From NCBI RefSeq assembly GCF_009914755.1, contig NC_060938.1: a DNA stretch of 64,000 bases; one strand, written 5' to 3'. Made by a program: the position numbers and the translations under genes. Every line of letters starts with the position of its first letter. The stretch's first letter is position 1. Source of the stretch: the human T2T-CHM13v2.0 reference genome, Homo sapiens. The notes under the pieces are model-generated. The model made no database searches. It saw only the letters and a list, made by a program, of their open reading frames with translations, and had not been told where the DNA came from. Shown in pieces: positions 1 to 17,119 of this stretch.

Positions 1-1207
1 TCCTCCGAGGACGCTTCCTAGTGTGTCTTCACATCTGGGATTCCGCGTTTTCAGCTGGCTTAGCTATTTGTGGCTGTAGTCTTTCCTCCATTTTTAGAGT
101 ATTTACTGAGCTCATCAAAGAACCTGAGTGGTATATTGATAGGGAAGACTTTGACTTTGGATTTGTAGATGACTTGGGCAATATTGTCAGGATTCTGTTG
201 ACTCACCAGGAGCAGGGTGGGCACCGCAGCACTCTGGTTATGCAGCTGGCCTTGTAGGGGGTAAGCCCCCACCAGCAAAGTGAGTCCGTGGGAGCGGTAG
301 GGTGTTGGGGCACCTGCACCCCTGAACCATCTCCCTGAGTGAGAACATGCCTCTCCAGGATGCTTTCACCACCAGGAACTAACCAGGTGGTCTTGAGACT
401 GGTGAACTCCGTGGACCAAACAGAATCCAGGCTCCGAGCCTCTCCCTGGCAAGCCTCTTGCCTTTTGGTTCATGGCAGGAAGCAACACCTCATGTCATGC
501 TGGGACTGCAGCCCAAGGCAGGAAAGCACCAGCCTTTCTTAGGACCCCATGGGTAGCCCCCAACTTCACCAGCCCCTTTCCTGTGATGTCTCCACACATC
601 TCTTTGGCCAGAGTCCTGTCACAGCCCAGTCCCACAACGTGGACCTGGGAGGGGCTCCAGGGAGGGGTATGGAGGGGATGAGCCCTCTTGTCCACCCCAA
701 AAGCCTGGTCACAGTGGGGACAGCAGCAGGTGCAGTCCAGCTCTGCCCATCTCCCAGCTAGAGCGGGAGGGAGGCACCACAGGGCTCCTCTAGTCCTGAG
801 GAATGAGCATCCTCTGTCCTCCCAAGGCCCAGCCAGGCCAGCTGATATGTGCTGCCCGGGGGCCGGGGTGGGAGCCAACAAACTCCCCCTGACCAGCCAC
901 TGTCCAGTGGGAAGCTCTAGCCAGACCGTGCTTAGATCTAGGCAGCGGCTCCCCACAGACACAGGGCTCCAAGTAGCCACACTCCAGAGCCTCTCCAGGA
1001 CTTCGAAGAGTTTCGCAAAAGTCTAGGGAGAGAAGGAGCACCAAAGCCTCCTTAGTCACAGCCTCTGGGCCTAATGCACTCCCTTCTGTGGCCAACCTCA
1101 CCTACCCTGTCACCTCAGACTCAGAAGGAGGGCCGCAGAGCCACCTGGACCTGAGCTTCAATTCTCTTAAGGCTCTACCAGGGTGACCCTTCAGCGGAGA
1201 ATCCAGA

Positions 1208-2990
1208 GTGGGGGCTGCATGTGAATGAAGCTCAATCATGGGGGGCTGCATCTGAAGCTCTCAAGCAATGGAGGCTGGATCTGAAACTGTCAATCACTGG
1301 GGGCTGCATGTGAAGCTGTCAATCACTGGGGGCTGTATCTGAAGCTCTCAATCAGTGGGGGCTGCTCTGGGGCTCTCAATCAATGGGGCTGCCTCTGAGG
1401 CTCTCAGTCAATAGGAGCTGCATCTGAGACTCAGTCAATAGGGCCTGCATCTGAGACTCTCAATCAATGAGGACTGCATCTAAGACTCTCAGTCAATAGG
1501 GGCTGCATCTGAGACTCAGTCAATGAGGACTGCATCTGAGAGTCAATCAATAGGGGTTGTGTCTGAGACTTAATCAATGGGAGCTGCCTCTGAGACTCTC
1601 AATCAATGGAGGCTGCGTGTGAAGCTCTCAATCAATGAGGGGTGCATCCGGGACTCTCAAGCAACGGGGGGTACATCTGAGACTCTCAAGCAATGGGGGC
1701 TGCACGTGAAGCTCTCAATCAATGGGGGTGCATCTGAGACACTCAAGCAATGGGGGCTGCATGTGAAGCTCTCAATGGAGGCTGCATCTGGGGCTCTCAA
1801 TCAATGGAGGCTGATTCTGAAGCTCTCAATCAATGGGGGCCGCATCTGAATCTCTCAATCAATGGAGGCTGCATCTGAAGCTGTCACTCAGTGGGGGCTC
1901 CATGCGAACCTCTCAGTCAATGGGGGCTGCATCTGAGACTCTCAATCAATGCGGGCTGCATTTGAGATTTCAATCAATAGGGGCTGCATCTGAGAGTAAT
2001 TCAGGGTTGTGTCTGAGAATCAGTGCGGACTGCCTCTGAGACTTTCAGTCATTGGGGGCTGCATCTTAGACTTTCAATCAACAGGGGCTGCATCTGAGAC
2101 TTTCAAGCAATGGGGGCTACACGTGAAGCTCTCAATCAATGGGGGATGCATCTGAGACTCTCAACCAGTGGGGGGTGCATCTGAGACACTCAAGCAATGG
2201 GGGCTGCATGTGAAGCTCTCAATGGAGGCTGCATCTGGGGCTCTCAATCAATGGAGGCTGATTCTGAAGTTTTCAATCAATGGGGGCCACATCTGAATCT
2301 CTCAATCAATGGAGGCTGCATCTGAAGCTGTCACTCAGTGGGGGCTCCGTGTGAACCTCTCAGTCAATGGGGGCTGCATCTGAGACTCTCTATCAATGGG
2401 GGCTGCATCTGAGACTATCAATGGGGGCTGCTCTGGAGCTCTCAATGGGGCTTCCTCTGGGGCTCTCAGTCTATGGGGCTGCATCTGAGACTGCCAATCA
2501 ATGGAGGCTGCAGTTGAGACTTCAATCAATAGGGGCTGCATCTGAGAGTCATTGAGGGTTGTGTCTGGGAATCAGTGGGGACTGCCTCTGAGACTCTCAG
2601 TCAATGGGGGCTGCACCTGAGACTTTCAATCAACAGGGGCTGCATCTGAGACTCAATCAATAGGGGCTGCATCTGAGACTCTCGATCAATGGGGGCTGCA
2701 TCTGAGACTCTCTATCAGTGGGGCTGCCTCTGGGGCTCTCAGTCTATGGGGGCTGCATCTGAGAGTCAATCAACAGGGGCTGCATCTGAAACTTAATCAA
2801 TGGGAGCTGCCTCTGAGACTCTCAATCAATGGGGACTGCATGTGAAGCTCTCAATCAGTGGAGGCTGCACCTGGGGATCTCAACCAATAGGGGCTGCATC
2901 TGAGACTCAATCAATGGGGCTGCATCTGAGACTCAATCAGTGGAGGCCGCATCTGAGACTCTAATCAATGGAGGCCGCATCTGAGACTCA
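1208..2990. repeat. Minisatellite, ~29-30 bp unit TCAATCAATGGGGGCTGCATCTGAGACTC, ~60 copies
   Basis: Direct tandem repetition visible. Confidence 0.95.
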
Positions 2991-3026
2991 AAACGGTGTG
3001 GGAGTGCACGGCAAATCTGGCCTTTG

Positions 3027-3040
3027 GTGCCCTCTGGTGG
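3027..3040 (-). promoter_or_regulatory. CTCF consensus motif CCACCAGAGGGCAC
   Basis: Near-perfect match to the CTCF core; occupancy not shown. Confidence 0.5.
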
Positions 3041-3237
3041 GCATTGCATGCCCTGCTGACCAGTCTGAGGACAGAGATGAGGGAAAGAAATCAGGGTAGC
3101 GTGGGGCTGTCCAGGGTTTTCCCCACCGACATGGATGACAGGGTGACCCTGAAGAAGTCACTCTTTTCTCTTAGCCTTGGCTTCCTAATCTGCAAAGATG
3201 GTGACAGATACATTCCATTTCAAAAGGCTGCCAGGGT

Positions 3238-3562
3238 CTAGGCGCAGCTGCTCATGCCTGTAATATCAGGTGCACTTTGGGAGGCTGAGGGAGGAGGATC
3301 ACTTGAGCCCAGGAGTTTAAGACCAGCCTGGGCAAGATAGTGAGACCCCCATCGCTACAAATAAAATAAAATAAAATAAAAATTAGCTGGGTGTGCTGGT
3401 GTGTGCTTGTGGACCCAGGTCCTCCGGAGGCTGAGGTGAGAGGATCACCTGGGCCAGGGAGGCCAAGGCTGCGGTGAACCATGATTGTGCCACCACACTC
3501 CAGCCTAGGTGGCAGAGTAAGACCCTATCTTTAAAACACAAACAAAAAACAAACAAACAAAA
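3238..3562 (+). mobile_element. AluJ
   Basis: Alu dimer consensus. Confidence 0.9.
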
Positions 3563-4629
3563 CTGCCAGGGATGAGATAGTTCAGGCAAGACTGTGCAAG
3601 TCCACAGCCCTGGCAGTTCCTTCCTGTGTCTCCCAGACAGAGGGGCTGAGTTCCAGAAGAAGAGGGTTTCACCGTCCCGCGCCCTCCCCTCCATCCTGTG
3701 TCTGGCTGCCAGGGGATGTTCCTAAGCCCTTCAGGTTCCTGCTGGCCATAGGACAGTCCCCGAGTGCTCTGGCCTGGCTCTCGAGGACGGGGATGCCCTG
3801 CCTGTCCCTTCCCCAGCCTCAGCTGTGCTGACACCTTCCATCCCCACACACACCTATACTGTGACCACCTCCTGGCCTTTGCCCCTGCTGACCCCCTTGG
3901 TCACTCCCTCCCGCTGTCCCCTTGCCCTCTGACAAATTCCTATCTTCCTTGTAATCCCAGTGTGGGTGGGCATCTTCTCCTCTGAGAACCTTCCTGGATC
4001 CCACTGCTCACCCCCACCCCGCCCCGGCCTCCCCTCTCCCCGGCCCCACCCCGGGTCTTCCCTCTCCACAGCTCCGCCCCAGCCTGCAGTCCACTCGCGT
4101 CTTGTCATATGAGACCCTGGGTGTCTCACATCCGACACGGCTTTAATTTTTATCTTCCTTACATGTTGTTCTCCCTTGTTGAACTAGGAGATCCCCTGAC
4201 CTTGGTTTTCTTCCAGGCCCCGGAGACGCCTGGCCTGTGTTGAGAAGGGTACAAGTGTGTTGAAACCTCTGTCCGACTGAGGCGGCACATCAGCAGAAAG
4301 GAGCCAGGGAGCCCAGGGACGCCTGCGGGCAGTCCCTCTGCCCTCCTACCCACACCTGCTTCTGGGCAGCCAGTGTTCATCTCTCGGAGGCCATGGGCCT
4401 GGGGACTGGGTTCAGGTGAGCCATGCTGCAGGTGCTCCCCACGCCTCGCAAAGCTGGCAGGAGAGGACTAGCAGCCTGCACTCCCGGTGCCCACCCCGGG
4501 TCCAGCTGGGCCAGAACTTTTTGTTCAGAAGAAAGCCAAGGCTGTTCTTTCCAGAATCCATGTTGAAGGGTTTCCTCTTCTCCCGGGACTGCAGCTCACA
4601 GGGACCTTCCTTCAGTTGTTTAATTTACT

Positions 4630-5100
4630 CTATAAGTTATAGCAAAAAGAACATTGATTCAAGACAATCCCCATCAGAGTCTCAGCTGGCTTCTTTGTAG
4701 GAATTAAGCTGATCTTAAAATTCATGTAGAAACTCAAGGAACCCAGACAGCCAAAAAAAAATCTTGAAAAAGAGCAAAGATTGGAGGATTCACACTTTCT
4801 GATTTCAAAATTTACTACAAAGCTACAGTAGTCAAACCTGTGTGTGCTTGTATAAAGACAGACATATAGACCCATACAATAGAACTGAGATTCCAGAAAG
4901 AAACTCACATTTAGGGGTCAGTTGATTTTGATGAGAGCCAAGGCACTCTCATCAAAATCAATTGACCCCCAAATGTGAGGGTGAAGTGGGGAAAGAACAG
5001 TCTTTTCTTCAGCTGGGAGAGCGGAGAGCCACCTGCAGAAGAACGAAGTTGGAGCTCTACTTCACATCATATACATAAAGTAAATGAAAATGTACAAGAC
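4630..5100 (+). mobile_element. L1M ORF2 fragment
   Basis: Typical ORF2 sequence (ATTCACACTTTCTGATTTCAAAATTTACTACAAAGCTACAGTA). Confidence 0.85.
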
Positions 5101-5234
5101 CCTTTCAGTTTAAAGATTATAATCTCGAATCCACATTATAACTAACCTTTAATCCACATTTTAACCAATCTTTGATTATAACTCATCTTTTAAAGAATCT
5201 TTAAATAATCATGATAACTAATCTTTAAACATCT

Positions 5235-5600
5235 CCAGTTTTGGTGTGGTATCAAAGAAGGATAGTCACAACTATCTAAAGACTGTATTGAATTACTCAT
5301 CCTTTTCCAACAGCATGTCTGTGAGCGGCTGAATATTCCCCACAAACTTCAACCAAAACAACGTATCACAACAGACTCATGCAGAAGCAGATATGAGAAT
5401 CTACCTGTCTCCTATCAAGCCAGACCATAAAGATATTGACAAAAATGAAAACTAATGCCACCCTTATTGTTAACTTTGTTGTTGTGGTTTCAGAACATAC
5501 TTATTTTTCATTTAAAAATAATGACTAATGTTAACATGTTATGGCTTTGTCATTCTTTTAAAATAAATATTATTTCTAAACAAATATTCTTTTTAAATAA
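5235..5600 (+). mobile_element. Charlie1-like hAT transposon 3' fragment
   Basis: Decayed hAT dimerisation-domain coding sequence (..GCAGAAGCAGATATGAGAATC..ATCAAGCCAGAC). Confidence 0.7.
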
Positions 5601-5718
5601 AAATTTATTTTCAAATGTATCTATGTATACAGTCATGTGTTGCTTAACAACAGGGATACATTTTGAGAGGTGTCATTAGGCAATTTCGTGGCTGCGTGAA
5701 CATCATGACAAAGACCTA

Positions 5719-6276
<558 letters not shown>

Positions 6277-6494
6277 CTAGGACATTACTGGCCACTACTG
6301 TAGACTTTGTAAACACTGACACTTAGGCCACACTAAGTTCATAAAAAATATTTTTCTTTCTTTGATAACAAATTAGCCTTAACTTACTGTAATGGTTTAA
6401 CTTTATATACCTTTTACTTTTTAAAAAACATTTGGACTCTTGTAATAACACTTAGCTTAAAACACACATTGTACACCTGTATAAAAATATTTTC

Positions 6495-7150
<656 letters not shown>

Positions 7151-7357
7151 CGTTACTCCCCGGGCGCTGTTAAGCGGCTTTGCGGCAGCCTCACACGTAG
7201 CCCTCACAACCACTAGGGACAGCGGCTTCTCACTGCTGGCTCCAACCCACAGTTAAGAAACACGTGGGTATTTACAATACATGCCCACAAATGCACAGGC
7301 AATCACATTTCCCCTGCACGCCCTGGCCCCTTCCCACACTTTCTCTTCCATTCTACT

Positions 7358-7535
7358 TAGGATTGCCAGATTGAGCAATACAAATACAGGACACCTGCTA
7401 TTTGAATTTCAGGTAAATACTTTTTTTTTAGTGTGTTCCACCCCATAGAATATTTGGGACATACACACTTTAAAAAAGTTACTTATCTGAAATGCAGATA
7501 TGACTGGGTATCCTGTAATTCACCTGGTAACCCTA
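7358..7535. mobile_element. MER53 palindromic hAT MITE
   Basis: TAGGATTGCCAG...CTGGTAACCCTA termini; 8-bp TSD (A/G)TTCTACT. Confidence 0.8.
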
Positions 7536-7736
7536 GTTCTACTCCGTTTTTTTAAAACTGCTGGTTGTAACCCCCAACCCAATGTTACAGCCTTCAGTGA
7601 GTCCCAGCCCCCGCTTCCTTAGGCCAGGAGACCTGGAGTATCCCATTCCACAGGGGAAGCCACAGCTGGGAGGAATTCAGCCTCCTCCTTCCAAGGCCCA
7701 CGGGTGAGCAGATTCGGATGAGCATCTCAAGGGCCT

Positions 7737-8224
<488 letters not shown>

Positions 8225-8686
8225 CAGAAAGAAAGACTTCTGTGCACATAAATGACTAGTGGCAGTTACTTCGGTTTTAAAATATATATATTTAAGGTAT
8301 TAAAGTTCTACACTTAAAAACCTAGTTTTTCCTTAAGTGTTGAAGATCAGCTTAAAAACCTGACCATGCTGTGGATAAATCCAGCCAGTTCTAACAACTG
8401 TTTACAGAGGGGCTTGTGGTTTACGTTCAGTCTCATTTACAAGCTGGTTTAAATGAGAACTCTTAAACCTTTTAAATTATATATTTAATTGCTTCAAATA
8501 CTGCAATTGAATAACAAACAAAACATTCCCTAGGTCTTTGGTCCTTAAACATTGGCCACACTCCCTTTACTAAATTCCTTTTAGTTTCAAACTAAAATAT
8601 CATAGGACTAAATTAAAATACTCAATTAGGCATTGCAAATCCATGTCCCTTTCTAGGTGGGTTTAGTTCCCTGTGGGTCAGAGTCA

Positions 8687-9088
<402 letters not shown>

Positions 9089-9184
9089 CCCTGTGTAAGG
9101 CTCCTCCACACAGTGAAGCCTTCCTGACATGCCCTGCCTGCCCCACAAAGGAATCCTTCCCTTCCCCACCAGACGGATTCTGGA

Positions 9185-9640
9185 TCTTGTGCTCTGGACC
9201 CCTTTGCCAATGTAGTAAAAACTATAGAGCCCTTTTCAGGGTACCATTTATACAGCATAACATAAAATACATAAGGTTACAAATGAAACCAAATATATTG
9301 AAAATATTACCAAGTGTTTTTAAAACAGTAACTGGGTGATATAATGATCTTTACTGTTATTAGGCAGGTCTATGGCTGATCTAATAGCTGCTATGGGTTC
9401 AAATGGTGAGCCTCACTGACACTTCTAGATCTGCTACAACTGAAACGCAGCAGGACAATGTCTGTGATGGTAACAAACTCAGGGACCCTGCTAATACTAC
9501 TCTGGTTTGTTGCCTATGTTCGTGATTAAAGAAAATGCTAGATTTCAGGTAGAAATTAGTGAGACTAAAGATACAAGTTTCCCCTGCACTCATGGAACCC
9601 CTGAATTCTGTCAACAGACCCCAGGACAGGAAGCTCTGCA
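9185..9640 (+). mobile_element. Charlie4-like hAT element
   Basis: Ends GAAATTAGTGAGACTAAAGAT...GACCCCAGG; recognised by eye. Confidence 0.5.
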
Positions 9641-9721
9641 CCATTTCCATACCTTCTGTGAGCTCTGTTCTTCTCTGGATATTCCATCTCTCCCTGGACG
9701 ATGGTGGGGGCGCTCTTGTTA

Positions 9722-10102
<381 letters not shown>

Positions 10103-10153
10103 CTACGAAAAGCCTTTCATATGCATTATTTTCTCCAGTCCTCCCAGCAACTA

Positions 10154-10556
10154 TTAGCTTGGTGCAAAAGTAATTGTGGTTTTTGGCCAGGCACGGTGGC
10201 TCACACCTGTAATCCCACGACTTTGGGAGGCTGAGGCAGGCAGATTGCTTGAGGTCAGGAGTTCGAGACCAGCCTGGCCAACACAGTGAAACCCTGTCTC
10301 TACTAAAAATACAAAAATTAGCCGGGAGTGGTGGCGCATGTCTGTAATCCCAGCTACTGGGGAGGCTAAGGCAGGAGAATCGCTTCAACCCAGGATTGCG
10401 GTGAGCCGAGATCATGCCACTGCACTCCAGCCTGGGACACAGAGTGAGATCCTGTCTCAAAAAAAAAAAAAAAAAGCAAACAAAAAACAAAAGCAATTGC
10501 GTTTTTTGCCGTTGGAAGTAATGGCAAAAACAACGATTACTTTTGCACCAACCTAA
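10154..10556. mobile_element. MADE1 (Hsmar1 MITE) split by an Alu
   Basis: TA-TTAGCTTGGTGCAAAAGTAATTG ... TTACTTTTGCACCAACCTAA-TA. Confidence 0.9.
10185..10490 (+). mobile_element. AluS inside MADE1
   Basis: Alu dimer consensus. Confidence 0.92.
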
Positions 10557-12129
10557 TAGTAGGCTTTGGATGCAGGTTAGTCTGACATTCCATTCTGCTG
10601 TTCGTCAACACCAAGCCAGTGTGTCCACATGCCTGCTTCTCCCATTAGACAGTAGCCCTTCAACAGCAGGGATGATCAGAGTCATCTTGGTGTGTGCAGC
10701 TAACACAGATGCCTGGCACAGAAGAGGCACTTGCTTTCCACCTGCTGGCTGGTCACGAAGACGATGCACACACATGCACAGACATGAGCACACAAGCACA
10801 CACAGGAGTGGACCAGGCCGAGTGTGGGGGGACACACGCCTACCCTCTTTAGAGCCCAGCCATGCTGACCTCCAATCACACATCCTATTCACTCGCCTAC
10901 TTCTGCTGCCACCTAACCAAACTTCCTGGCTTTCGGTATAAACAAATCCTTTCTAGAGAAATAAAGCATTCCTAGTTCACTTTTGAGAAAGGTGAGCCCC
11001 CTGGGGAACTGCAGTGCTGAGAAGTCTGGCGGGAAGGGCACATTCATGGGACTTGATGACAGGGAGGGACTGGCTGGATCTGCTTTGAGCACAGTCCAAC
11101 CATCTTTATAGTTCATCACAACCAGCCTTTAAAATGCTTCGGGAACATCAGGATAGTGATCACCAGCAGGGCACCGAGCACAGGGCGTAAAGGGGGCTTC
11201 TGAGAGGGGGTGTGATGTTCTGTTTCCCGATGTGGGTGCCAGTTCCTCCAAAGTGGTCGGTGTATGAGTGGTCATGGGGCCACACTTAGGTACCTGCGGT
11301 TCTCTGTATGTATTTCATATTCCAATACAAAGCTCCAAAAATTGCTTCAGAAGTCAGTTAAGCTTCTCTTCCTCCAGATTCCAAACTCATATGCCAAAAG
11401 TTCATTTCTCTGCAGGCCAAAATGGAGCAGCCTTTTATAAACAGGCTTCCTAGAGTTTTGCCCCAAAATATTCCTGTATCCCAGCAGCAAGCACCCTGAT
11501 GCCCACCCAGTGGTCTGTATCTGTGTCAACCAGCGGTTCTCAGCCTGGCCTCATCCAGGGCCTGAAGCCTACTACAGAACCCCCAGCAGCACGTGGGGTG
11601 CACAGCAAAGATCAGCCCTGGACACAGCCGGGTGCTCAGGGCGGGGTGAGGGGGCAGGAGGCAGGACGCAGGAGGTGAGCTGTCCGGGCGGGGCAGGATG
11701 AGGGAGTCCTGCATTGCAGAGCTAAGGGGGAGAATCATCAGCACCCTAATTAGCTCTTGATGGCTTCCAAAGCCTTTTAAGTCCTTTTTTTTTTTTTTTT
11801 ATCCCTACAAGAACTCTGAGTGGTAAACAGGACAAGTAACATAATTCCCAGGATACAGGTAAGGACACTAAAGCCCAACCCAAACCGGTGGGTAGCAAGG
11901 CCAGGCCCAAACCCAGAGCTCTGGGCTCTAAGCCAGCACCTACTCCCCAACACAGAAAGGAGGTGGGAGCAGCCGGGCCCTAGCCAACCACTCCCGGCCC
12001 CTTGGCAGATCAGGCAGAGTGAGGGCACAGGAGGGAGAGAAGACCTCTATGCAGACCAGTGCAGCCAGGCAGGGGTGAGGGGCCCCTGCCACCACCACCA
12101 AAGACAAAACTGAGCCTCGATCCAATGCA

Positions 12130-12435
12130 GACTCCAGGAAATATGGGGCAGGTCCATGACCTTGTGAGAAGGGAATCAGTCAAATCCAAAATGTGGGACA
12201 TGTACGGGACAACTGACCCAGTTTCTTTAATGAGTCAATGGCATTAAACTAAGGAGGGGTGACAGTTCTAAATTAAAAGACACTTTCAAAGGACCTCAAG
12301 ACGGCAGTGCATACCGTGAGCAGATCTTATTTAGATCCTGATTTAAGTAACTCAACTATAAAAAGACCTTTTTTTGAACAGAGCAATTTAATTTGGTACT
12401 TGGTACATTTAATGTGGCAGTTGGATATTCAATGA
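12130..12435 (+). mobile_element. L1MC-type 3' end fragment
   Basis: AAATCCAAAATGTGGGACAT...GACAACTGACC. Confidence 0.55.
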
Positions 12436-12441
12436 TATTAA

Positions 12442-12830
<389 letters not shown>

Positions 12831-13330
12831 TAAGGATTAATAGTTTGTGAATTTTATTCTGTCTTAGAGACCTTCTACAGAACAAAACCCATTCTGTCTT
12901 GCAATTCCTACAGGGATTGGTTCAAGCCTTTTGTAAATCTAAGATATATTTTGGAATCAGGAATCTTATTTTTCCTGTATCTTGAAATATTTTTCTATTT
13001 CATCATCCTGAGAATTATTTCATCATCACTCATTTAAGTATTTCCAGTTATGCTAAAAGAGACTAAAATAACAAAAAAATGAAAAGCTGATGGACTTGCC
13101 TAAAAAGCAGAATGAAATAAACCATCTCTGCCACAGTATCCTTCCGTTTTCTCACTACATTGCTAACAGTATTGCATCAACTTTCAAGAAGGTAGAAGAG
13201 AATTCTGGAGATGACAGGCTTTCCTTTGTTTCACTCTTATTGAACAATACAATCAAGCATTCTGAATTTTTCATTTTTCACCCATAACAGCAAGGAGAAG
13301 AAAGTTGACTGAGGGAGACATTCATAATTA

Positions 13331-14037
<707 letters not shown>

Positions 14038-15018
14038 TGGGAGAAGGGACAGACAGCCACTCTGTCCCATTAGCCAGAGGCTAATGATGATGGTGAAATC
14101 AATCAAATGGGATAAATTTCAGTGAGCATTCAGATGACCATATCCCAGACAAATTTTCTCAAATCCATATTTCCAATGACACAAAAAATTTGCATTCAAT
14201 TAACAGGCAAGACTTCACTCAATATTTTGTAATAAGAACTTGGACCACCGCATTTTTTCTAAAAGGATGTATGATGGTATACTTTCACATTTTTTGATGT
14301 TTGTGAACAAAATGGGATACATTTCATAAGTGGACAAATGCCAAAAGCAGGTGTTTATACAAAGATACTGAGAGGAAATAGATAATGCAAAATTTTAAAT
14401 TAATTGATCATTCTAACGGGTGTTTATAGATCAAAAAATGAAAATGTTTTGCAATCATGGAACAAAGAAAATGGCCACACTCTCTCCAACAAAATTGTAA
14501 GCGTCAACGATTTCAAAAAGTTCATCCAAATATCACATTTTGACAACATCAGTGCAAGAAGAAGGAAAAGTAATGTTAGCTTAGACACCCCTAGAAGTGC
14601 AGTTGAAACCTGGAATTAGCACTTTTAAGGTGGATGAGTTCCAGGCTCATGCAAGGCAGGTGATAAGTAGCCAGTTGCATTCAAAGGATGCTACCAATAT
14701 ACCTTCAAAATCACAAACATGGAATAAAAAGTTCAGTTTGCTATGTCTTCATTCTAAAATGTCTAATGAAGTTGTATTTCACCATCCCTTTATTCTTACT
14801 TCTGCAAATGACCAACAGGGACGCCTCAGAGATATTGCAGGTTCTGTTCCAGACCACTCAATAAAGCTAATACTACAAGAAAGTGAGTCACAGTTTCCCA
14901 GTGCATATAGAAGTTATGCTTATGTTATAGTATAGTCTATTTATAGTCTATTAAGTGTGCAATAGCATTGTGTCTAAAAAAACAAAGTACATACCTTAAT
15001 TTAAATATTTTTATTTCT

Positions 15019-15150
15019 GGCTGGGTGCAGTGGCTCACACCTATAATCCCAGCATTTTGAGAGGCTGAGGCAGGAGAATCATTTGAGGCCAGGAGCTTGA
15101 GACCAGCCTGGCAACACAGAGAGATCACATCTTTATATATATATATATAT
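15019..15150 (+). mobile_element. Alu monomer (FLAM-like) with (TA)n tail
   Basis: Alu left-arm consensus. Confidence 0.85.
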
Positions 15151-15759
15151 AATTGCTAAAAAACATGCAGACAATCACATGAACATTCAGTGAGTGGTAA
15201 TCATCTTGCCGGTGGGGGTCTTGGCTCAATGTTGATGGCTGCTGACTGATCAGGGTGGTGGCTGCTGAAGGTTGGGGTGGCCATGGCAATTTCTTAAAAT
15301 AAGACAGCAAAGAAGTTGGCTGCATAAAGTGACTCTTCCTTTCATAAAAAAATTTCTCTGCAGCATACAATGCTGTTCGATAGCATTTTATCCACCGTAG
15401 AACTTCTTTGAAAATTGGAGTCCATTCTCTCATACCCTGCCACTGCTTTATCAACTGAATTTATGTAATATCCTAAATCCTGTGCAGTCATTTCAACAAT
15501 GTTCACAGCATCATCACTAGGAGTAGTTTCCATCTAAAGAAACCACTCTCTTCGCTCATCCATAAGAAGCAACTCCTCATCTGTTCAAAGTTTTCTCATG
15601 AGATTATAGCAATTCAGTCACATCCTCAGGCGTCATTTCTAATTCCAGTTCTCTTGCTATTTCCACCACATCTACAGCTCTTTCCTCCACTGAAGTCTCA
15701 AACCCCTCAAAGTCATCCATGAGGTTGGAATCAACTTCTTCCAAACTTTTGTCAATGTT

Positions 15760-16050
<291 letters not shown>

Positions 16051-16478
16051 ACCCAATCAAACTCTTGTCAATGTTTGTTGATATTTTGACTTCTTCCCAT
16101 GAATCACAAATCTTCTTCATGGCATCTAGAATGGTGAATCCTTTCCAGAAGTTTTTCAGTTGACTTTGCCCAGATCCACCAGAGGAATCACTATCTATTG
16201 CCTTATGAAATGTATTTCTTAAATAACAAGACTTGAAAGTCAAAATCACTCTTTGCAGAGTGGACGTTGTGTGAGGAGGCATGAAAACAATATTAATCCC
16301 CTTGTACATCTCCATCAGAGCTTTTGGGTGACGAGGTGCATCGTCTATGAGCAGTAATATTTTGAAATAATTTTTTTTTTTTTCTGAGCAGTAGGTCTTA
16401 ACAATGGACTTAAAATATTCAGAAAACCACACTGCAAACAGATGTGCTGTCATCCGGGCTTTATTGTTCTATTTATAG

Positions 16479-17119
<641 letters not shown>

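Noticed and set aside
1-280. Possible pseudogene fragment at the window start
   Set aside because: No recognisable protein similarity in any frame; truncated by the window edge
1208-2990. Possible CRISPR-like array (also 36355-37060 and 59906-60248)
   Set aside because: Head-to-tail units without unique spacers, no cas genes, human context
14404-14935. Domesticated PGBD gene
   Set aside because: Multiple stops and frameshifts, truncated catalytic domain; relic only
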